From NCBI GenBank assembly GCA_965649915.1, contig CBFGMV010000026.1, positions 14,962 to 78,961 on the forward strand: 64,000 nt of DNA, in the 5' to 3' direction. The translations under genes and the position numbers were made by a program. The DNA comes from an uncultured Dyadobacter sp. GTDB taxonomy: Bacteria > Bacteroidota > Bacteroidia > Cytophagales > Spirosomataceae. How positions within the stretch are numbered: position 1 is the first letter of the stretch; each line of letters opens with the position of its first letter. Below the pieces are notes generated by a model, which did not search any database, was not told the DNA's origin, and saw only the letters and a program-made list of their open reading frames with translations. Shown here piece after piece: positions 57,893 to 64,000 of this stretch.

Positions 57893-59170
57893 GTGTTAGC
57901 TTTTTGTAACACCACAGATACTGCATTGAAAACAGTAGCATCCAACGACCCGTACGCGGCACTTCGCTATTCCGATTTCCGTTTTTTTATATCCAACACC
58001 TTTCTTTTTTCAGCTACTATCCTGATCCAGGAGGTGATCGTCGGCTATGAGTTGTATAAAATGACGCACGATCCGCTGGCGCTGGGCCTGGTGGGTTTGG
58101 CAGAGGTAGTGCCCTTTATCATCACCTCTATTTTCGGGGGATATGTGGCAGATCAGAAGAACAAGATCTCGATCATGCACATCAGCCTGGTGGTGATCCT
58201 GTTGGGGTCGGTCATTCTGTATACGGCTTTTCAGCCCTCGATTTACAACAAGCTCAGTCAGACACAGCATCTGATAGTCATTTATTCCGTGTTCGCACTC
58301 ATTGGCTTTGCGAAGGGGTTCTATTCTCCGGCGTCCAGCTCATTGAAACCTTTTCTGGTTCCGAGGGCAATCTATCACAACTCTTCGACATGGAGCAGCT
58401 CGTTCTGGCAGGCCGGATCGATCACCGGACCGGCGATCGCGGGTTTTTTATATGCATTTATCGGGCTGACGAACACGCTGCTGGTCGTAATCGGGAGCTT
58501 CGTTGTTTGCTGGATCTTGCTCGGAATGATCAAAACAAGACCTGAATTTCCCAAGATTTCAACGCCGATCCTGGAAAGCCTGAAAGAAGGGTTTCGCTTT
58601 GTTTTCAAAACCCGGATCGTATTGTATGCGATTTCGCTGGACCTGTTTTCTGTTCTGTTTGGCGGCGTGGTAGCGCTTTTACCGGTTTTTGCTGAAGATA
58701 TTTTGCGGGTAGGGCCGGAAGGGCTCGGGCTGTTGCGCGCTGCACCCTCCATCGGCTCGCTGTTGACCATGTTTGCGATGGCGTACTATCCGCCTACGCA
58801 CAATGCATGGCGTAATATGCTGGTTGCTGTCGCCGGATTTGGCGTATTTACGATCGTTTTTGCAATCTCCACCCATTTCCTGCTGTCCTGCGCGGCGCTT
58901 TTTGCCACCGGGGTTTTCGATAGCGTCAGCGTTATTGTGCGTCAAACGATCCTGCAAATCTATCCGCCAGACGAAATGCGTGGACGTGTTGCGGCCGTCA
59001 ATGGCATATTCGTCAGTTCTTCCAACGAGTTGGGCGCATTTGAATCCGGCGTGATGGCCAAGGCATTCGGGACTGTCCCGTCTGTGATGATGGGGGGCGT
59101 CCTCACGATCGTTGTTGTGACGTGGATCTATTTGAGGTCAAAGGATTTGTTTTCGGTGAGGCTGAGTTAG
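57893..59170 (+). CDS. MFS transporter (EntS/DHA3-like), ~425 aa
   Basis: About 12 TM; DP.ALGLVGLA..P, FGGYVAD, DLFSVLFGG..ALLP, MRGRV; start uncertain. Confidence 0.9.
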   Translation: MLAFCNTTDTALKTVASNDPYAALRYSDFRFFISNTFLFSATILIQEVIVGYELYKMTHDPLALGLVGLAEVVPFIITSIFGGYVADQKNKISIMHISLVVILLGSVILYTAFQPSIYNKLSQTQHLIVIYSVFALIGFAKGFYSPASSSLKPFLVPRAIYHNSSTWSSSFWQAGSITGPAIAGFLYAFIGLTNTLLVVIGSFVVCWILLGMIKTRPEFPKISTPILESLKEGFRFVFKTRIVLYAISLDLFSVLFGGVVALLPVFAEDILRVGPEGLGLLRAAPSIGSLLTMFAMAYYPPTHNAWRNMLVAVAGFGVFTIVFAISTHFLLSCAALFATGVFDSVSVIVRQTILQIYPPDEMRGRVAAVNGIFVSSSNELGAFESGVMAKAFGTVPSVMMGGVLTIVVVTWIYLRSKDLFSVRLS

Positions 59171-59225
59171 CGGATTTATCTTATCCGAACAATTGATTAT
59201 TTTTGATAGGTAAACGGACTGATTT

Positions 59226-59456
59226 ATGTACATCTACAAAAATATTATCACGCTGGAATCTGGGAAAAGAGGGGGGAGACCGTGTATCCGGGGCATGCGG
59301 ATTACGGTGGAAGATGTTTTGCGGTGGTTGGCGTCAGGAATGTCGTTTGAAGATATTTTGATCGATTTTCCTGAATTAACGCGAGAGGATATTTCGGTTG
59401 CTCTTGAGTTTTCAGCCGATCAACAGAAAAGGACTCTCTTTGATGCGGCAGCATGA
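59226..59456 (+). CDS. DUF433 antitoxin-family protein, 76 aa
   Basis: RGGRPCIRGMRITV.DVL..LASGMS.EDIL.DFPELTREDI. Confidence 0.92.
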   Translation: MYIYKNIITLESGKRGGRPCIRGMRITVEDVLRWLASGMSFEDILIDFPELTREDISVALEFSADQQKRTLFDAAA

Positions 59457-59535
59457 GAGTTCTGGTCGATCATTAACTCGATAGTGGAATCCAAGAGATA
59501 AGGGACTTTATCAAAAGCGAGGATTTGATATTTAC
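59453..59535 (+). pseudogene. Remnant of a DUF5615/PIN-type toxin
   Basis: ATGA overlap with DUF433; MRVLVDH-stop resembles the PIN first strand; in-frame downstream IQEIRDFIKSE resembles a toxin C-terminal helix. Confidence 0.5.
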
Positions 59536-59555
59536 GAAATTTTCAGGCCGTAGCT

Positions 59556-61961
59556 TCATTCACTCCGCAAACTCTTCACAGGATTCGTCATCGCCGCCTT
59601 TAACGTTTGCAGCCACACCAGCGCGGTGAGCATTACGCTGAACAGGGCCGCGATTCCTACAAAAAGGCCCCAGCCCAGATCCATTCGGTAAGCATAGGTA
59701 CTCAACCAGTTTTTTCCCAACACAACAGCTACGGGGAATGCAATGCCGGCAGCGACGAGCATGATGGCCAGAAATTCTTTCAGGAAGATCAGCATGACGT
59801 GGAGGCCGGTTGCGCCAAGTACTTTGCGGATGCCTATTTCCCGCGTGCGCCGGGAGACATTGAGCGATACCAATCCAAGGATACCCAGCAGCACGATCAC
59901 GATCGACAATGCAGTGGCCACCTGGGATGCTTTCTTGAGACGTACTTCGGATTCGTAGAGTTTTTGAAGCGTGTCATCCATGAAATTGTATTCAAAAGGC
60001 GCGTCGGGCATGAGTTCCTGCCATTTGGTTCCGATCGCCGACATCGCCTGGCTGAGGTCTGAACGGTGGAGCCTGATAGACAGATAACGGTATGAGTTCG
60101 CACCGCGCACATCCACGAACGCCAGGGGTTTGATAGTCTGGTGCATGGATTCAAAATGGAAATTCTGCGTAACACCCGCGATCGTCCATACGCCGGGAAG
60201 CGTCTCTACTCTGATTTGCTGCCCTACGGCTTCCGGCACGCTGGTGTATCCCAATGCCTTGACGGCTGCCTCGTTGAGCACTATCCGGTTGGGCTGATAG
60301 GCCGTGTTTTTCTCCTGAAGAAAAAGCCCGCCCAGCATTCTGATTCCGTACGTCCGAGCATAGTCCGCGTCGGTGCCGAGGAAGAGCGTATGAATGGCGT
60401 GGGTCGAATCCTGGCCGGAGCGGTACACACCGAAGTGTCCTCCATTATTCCCATTTGGTATCTCGTAGGAGAGACTGATGCTGCTGATTTCGGTCATGCG
60501 GGCCAGCTCGTCCCGGATACCTTCCATTTTAGTGAGCCCCGCCGGTGTCCAGTCGCGAGGAACGGCTACGGTTACGAGTGATTCTTTTTGATAACCCAGA
60601 TTTTTGTTGAAGAAATAACTCACCTGCCGGGATACGATGGCGGCCCCGGCAAACACTAACAATGCGATCACAAATTGCACCGTAATCAGCACACGCCGGA
60701 AAACCACACTGGCTTTGACGGATTTTAACTTCCCTTTCATCGATTCCACCGACGGAATGCCGGACAGTACAAATGCGGGATAAATACCTGCGAGCAAACC
60801 GATCAAGAAGGCAATGATCGGCGGGATCACGAAAGAGTAAGGCGGCAATGCAAACAGTGAACGAACCGGCTTTCCAAAAATACCCGCAAAAAGCGGGCGG
60901 CATAGCTCGTAGAAGCCCAGAGCGAGTACCATCGCGAAGAAGGCAAGCAGGATCGCTTCTGCCAAAAACTGCCCCACCAGCTGGCTTTTCAGGCTGCCGA
61001 GCACTTTTCTGACCCCGATTTCTTTAAGCCGCGACGCCGAACTTCCAATGGTGATGTTTACAAAGTTGACGATAGCCATCACCAGAATAAACAGGGTAAT
61101 GCCCGAAAGCGTCAGGATCATCTTTCTGACGATACCATTGTTGGCTTCGCGGTAATAGGTGTCGAGCGGGGTAAGGTAAACTTCCAGATTGGCGCGAATA
61201 CCTGCGGGCGCATGGGTGTTCAATTCCTGTTTGATGGCTTTTTCGAGTTCGTGGGGCGATACACCGTCCCGAAGTTCGAGGTAGCTGACCATGTAAGGAA
61301 AATTCCAGTTGTCCTCCGACCCTTTCCGGCCTTCCAGGCTGCTGAATGGAATGAAGATCTCTGCCTGGCTGGATAGCAGATGGGTGACAGAATTGTCCGG
61401 AAGTGTTTTCAGTACCGCTGTGACCTGAAACTCCTGTTTGCCTCCCACAAAATTATGCAGCGTTAACGACTCGCCGATGACGTCGGTTTTACCAAAATAC
61501 TTGATCGCTTTTTCCTCAGTGATGGCTATGGCATCTGGTGTGCTCAATGCGAAGCGGGCGCTGCCGTGCAGCAATGGAAATCCGTACATGCCCAGCAGTG
61601 AAGCGTCGCCGACCTGGACGTCCTCCCGAAAATGCTTATCACCTTTTGAAACCGCCACGGTAATTGCATCGTAGCGGTAGTAGCCGGCCACCAGGTTAGG
61701 ATAATCTGCCTTTAATGTTTTGGCCAACGGTCCGAGGGTTGCCATATCGACGCCCATATCCGGGTTTGTCCATTTGCTTCGGAGGATATACTGGTTGCCG
61801 GCGTTGCGGAGTTCCGCATTGACCCTCAGCTCGCTCCACACATAGGCCATCATGAGAAACGAGAATGTCATTCCGACTGCCAGGCCCAGGATGGTTACCA
61901 ATGCATAAAAGCGGCGTTTAAGCAGATGGCGCCAGGCAATTTTGAAGTAGTTTTTCAGCAT
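59556..61961 (-). CDS. MacB/FtsX-type ABC permease, 801 aa
   Basis: MLKNYFKIAWR, AIVNFVNI..RLKEIGVRK, RRTREIGIRKVLGA, NPVKSLRSE. Confidence 0.93.
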   Translation of the reverse strand: MLKNYFKIAWRHLLKRRFYALVTILGLAVGMTFSFLMMAYVWSELRVNAELRNAGNQYILRSKWTNPDMGVDMATLGPLAKTLKADYPNLVAGYYRYDAITVAVSKGDKHFREDVQVGDASLLGMYGFPLLHGSARFALSTPDAIAITEEKAIKYFGKTDVIGESLTLHNFVGGKQEFQVTAVLKTLPDNSVTHLLSSQAEIFIPFSSLEGRKGSEDNWNFPYMVSYLELRDGVSPHELEKAIKQELNTHAPAGIRANLEVYLTPLDTYYREANNGIVRKMILTLSGITLFILVMAIVNFVNITIGSSASRLKEIGVRKVLGSLKSQLVGQFLAEAILLAFFAMVLALGFYELCRPLFAGIFGKPVRSLFALPPYSFVIPPIIAFLIGLLAGIYPAFVLSGIPSVESMKGKLKSVKASVVFRRVLITVQFVIALLVFAGAAIVSRQVSYFFNKNLGYQKESLVTVAVPRDWTPAGLTKMEGIRDELARMTEISSISLSYEIPNGNNGGHFGVYRSGQDSTHAIHTLFLGTDADYARTYGIRMLGGLFLQEKNTAYQPNRIVLNEAAVKALGYTSVPEAVGQQIRVETLPGVWTIAGVTQNFHFESMHQTIKPLAFVDVRGANSYRYLSIRLHRSDLSQAMSAIGTKWQELMPDAPFEYNFMDDTLQKLYESEVRLKKASQVATALSIVIVLLGILGLVSLNVSRRTREIGIRKVLGATGLHVMLIFLKEFLAIMLVAAGIAFPVAVVLGKNWLSTYAYRMDLGWGLFVGIAALFSVMLTALVWLQTLKAAMTNPVKSLRSE

Positions 61962-62055
61962 ACCCCAAAACTACCCTCTTTTTAAACGATTGATTTCAGA
62001 AGAGATCCGTTTAACTTTTTTTAACCAAGAAGGGGAGAATGGCGAATAAAGATTT

Positions 62056-63999
62056 TCAGTCATTTCTGAGCGTCTCGGCCGGATTCGTGACGGCTGCCTT
62101 GTAGGTTTGAATTCCAATAGTGGCCAAACCGATGAACGCCAGGCTACTTATACAAGTGAGGAATACGCCGGGCCCCAGCGGAGCATGGTAGGTGAAGATG
62201 TTCAGGAATAACGACCCCAGCGCATAGCCGATCGGGATGGCAATGGCAGCGGCGATCAGTATCATTTTGATAAACGAGGCTGACAGCAAATGCATGATCT
62301 GTGCCACGCTGGCACCCATTACCTTCCGCACGCCGACCTCCTTCACCCGCTTGGCCGTAGCGTAGGTGACCATTCCCAGCAAACCCATTGCAGCAATGGC
62401 AAACACAATGAGCACGAGCAGACTGGTTAGTTTCTGGTCTCCATTTTCACTGTAATCTTCGTAAAGCTGATCCTCATACCAGGAATGGACGAAGGACTCA
62501 TGCGGGTGATAGCGTTTCCAGATCGTTCCCAGAGCCGTCGTCAGCCGGTCGCGATCGATACCATCTGCCACTTCCAGCGAAAGTACCTTGATTTCCTGCG
62601 GGTCAAATGCGAGTATCAGCGGAGAGACCGGTAATTCGTAGCGCATGATGCAGAAATTCTTCACGATACCCGAAACGATCACCTGAGTCTGATTGAGCAT
62701 GATCGTTTGCCCGACAGCCTCTTTCGGATCCTTCCAGCCCAGTGACTGCGCAGCCTTTTGGTTCAGCACCACAAAATGAACAGTGGTGTCGGAAGAGGCC
62801 GGGACATTTTCGCCGGCAACGAATTTCAGTTTCATGTTTTCGATAAAATTCCCGTCCGTCGCATAAATGAAAGTGTCCTGCTGATCGCCCGCGTGCTTGC
62901 CCGATAATCGGCTGAGCCTGGCTTTTCCGGACCCCTCATTAAAAGTAGCGGAGGTAAGCCCAACCCGCTTCACCCCGGCTTCGCGCCCCATTTCATTCGC
63001 CAGCAATTTGAAATCGCTGTCGGCCGCCAACGGAATGTTGACAATGTTTTTCCGGTTGAAATTCTCATTGTCCGTGGCCATATAATCAAACTGGCTGTTC
63101 ATAATGCCGGTGCCGGTCATAAATACGAGCGCCACAACAAACTGGATGATGGTCAATGTCTTACGGAAACCAAGCTTACCTATGCCGGTCGGTGCCATTT
63201 CGCCTTTGAGGGTTTGAACAGGCTGGTACGAAGAGAGAATCCGTGCAGGCAGAATCCCGGCAAGAAAGCCGGTAAGGAGGGTAAATCCGATAAAGACTGC
63301 CCACAATACCCGCGTATCGTTCACTTCCCACGTTATCCAGCGGATGTGGATATAGGATTTCATGAGGGCCAGGCCCACGTAGCCGATACCCAGCGCCAGA
63401 AATGCCACGACGATCGTCTCGACGAGAAATTGATTGACGAGCTGCCAACGTTTCGCGCCCGCTACCTTGCGTACGCCCACTTCACGGGCGCGGCTGAGTG
63501 ACCTCGTGAGCGTGAGATTGATATAGTTAAAACCAGCCAGAACGATGATGATCAGCGGAATGAGCAGGCTTACGCTGATTTTCCAGATCGGTTCCACAAA
63601 CGGGTTGTCCAGCAATCCCTCCCAATCGGGAGAAATTTCGGATAACGACTGGGTGCGAAAAGCGTGTTCCTTAATATCCCGGAACCGGATCGCCTTTTTA
63701 TTATCAGCGGCTACCCCCGCAAGCGCCTGATCGAGCGCTTCCCGGGACGAGCCTTTGGTCAGCAACACAAAAGTATAGGTGTTGTAGCTTTGCCAGTCAT
63801 CATTTTTGAAAGCGGGATTGATCAATGGTAAGGTGGCCATCGAGACGACGATATCCGTTTTCAAGTGTGTCTGAAATTTGGTCAGAGGCTTCAAAACGCC
63901 GGTAATGGTGAATGTCCCCATCTCGGCATTCATCAATGTTTTTCCGACCGGATCGGCGTTCCCGAAGAAACGTTCGGCCATTTCGTGCGTCAGCACCAC
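62056..63999 (-). CDS. MacB/FtsX-type ABC permease, 5'-truncated by window edge
   Basis: FNYINL..RAREVGVRK, KRVKEVGVRKVMGAS, NPAETLRND; frame open to the edge. Confidence 0.9.
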   Translation of the reverse strand: MVLTHEMAERFFGNADPVGKTLMNAEMGTFTITGVLKPLTKFQTHLKTDIVVSMATLPLINPAFKNDDWQSYNTYTFVLLTKGSSREALDQALAGVAADNKKAIRFRDIKEHAFRTQSLSEISPDWEGLLDNPFVEPIWKISVSLLIPLIIIVLAGFNYINLTLTRSLSRAREVGVRKVAGAKRWQLVNQFLVETIVVAFLALGIGYVGLALMKSYIHIRWITWEVNDTRVLWAVFIGFTLLTGFLAGILPARILSSYQPVQTLKGEMAPTGIGKLGFRKTLTIIQFVVALVFMTGTGIMNSQFDYMATDNENFNRKNIVNIPLAADSDFKLLANEMGREAGVKRVGLTSATFNEGSGKARLSRLSGKHAGDQQDTFIYATDGNFIENMKLKFVAGENVPASSDTTVHFVVLNQKAAQSLGWKDPKEAVGQTIMLNQTQVIVSGIVKNFCIMRYELPVSPLILAFDPQEIKVLSLEVADGIDRDRLTTALGTIWKRYHPHESFVHSWYEDQLYEDYSENGDQKLTSLLVLIVFAIAAMGLLGMVTYATAKRVKEVGVRKVMGASVAQIMHLLSASFIKMILIAAAIAIPIGYALGSLFLNIFTYHAPLGPGVFLTCISSLAFIGLATIGIQTYKAAVTNPAETLRND

Positions 64000-64000
64000 T

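Noticed and set aside
1-64000. tRNA, rRNA, transposase, integrase or prophage genes
   Set aside because: No recognisable sequence or motifs were found by eye; a tRNAscan/Rfam run would be needed to exclude small RNAs fully.

Overview
A 64-kb chromosomal window from a Bacteroidota bacterium. The TTG-N19-23-TAnnTTTG promoters, a T9SS CTD protein and the rbfA-lolC/E linkage support this; Cytophagales/Dyadobacter-like is inference. The window is dominated by nine paralogous ~800-aa duplicated MacB/FtsX-type ABC permeases, six on + at 1-15.6 kb and three on - at 53.9-64 kb. Only one ABC ATPase and one TolC (51.7-53.7 kb) accompany them, with no adaptor protein in view. The middle holds housekeeping and metabolic genes: GH1, LOG, rpiB, rbfA, lolC/E-like, M1 peptidase, LacI, nfuA-like, rpmA/rplU, recG and an FGGY kinase. 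I saw no rRNA, tRNA, CRISPR or transposase. The most interesting signals are: (1) a stand-alone class II terpene-cyclase-like gene (DIDDTA) coupled to a flavin/2Fe-2S reductase; (2) a repeated paired-palindrome + IHF + sigma54 promoter architecture in front of permease and ATPase-TolC operons; (3) a candidate LacI-controlled sRNA; (4) a membrane-anchored OmpR-type one-component sensor co-transcribed with a permease; and (5) an AztD-like zinc lipoprotein under a double 7-3-7 operator. All functional calls come from motif recognition by eye; no database searches were run.
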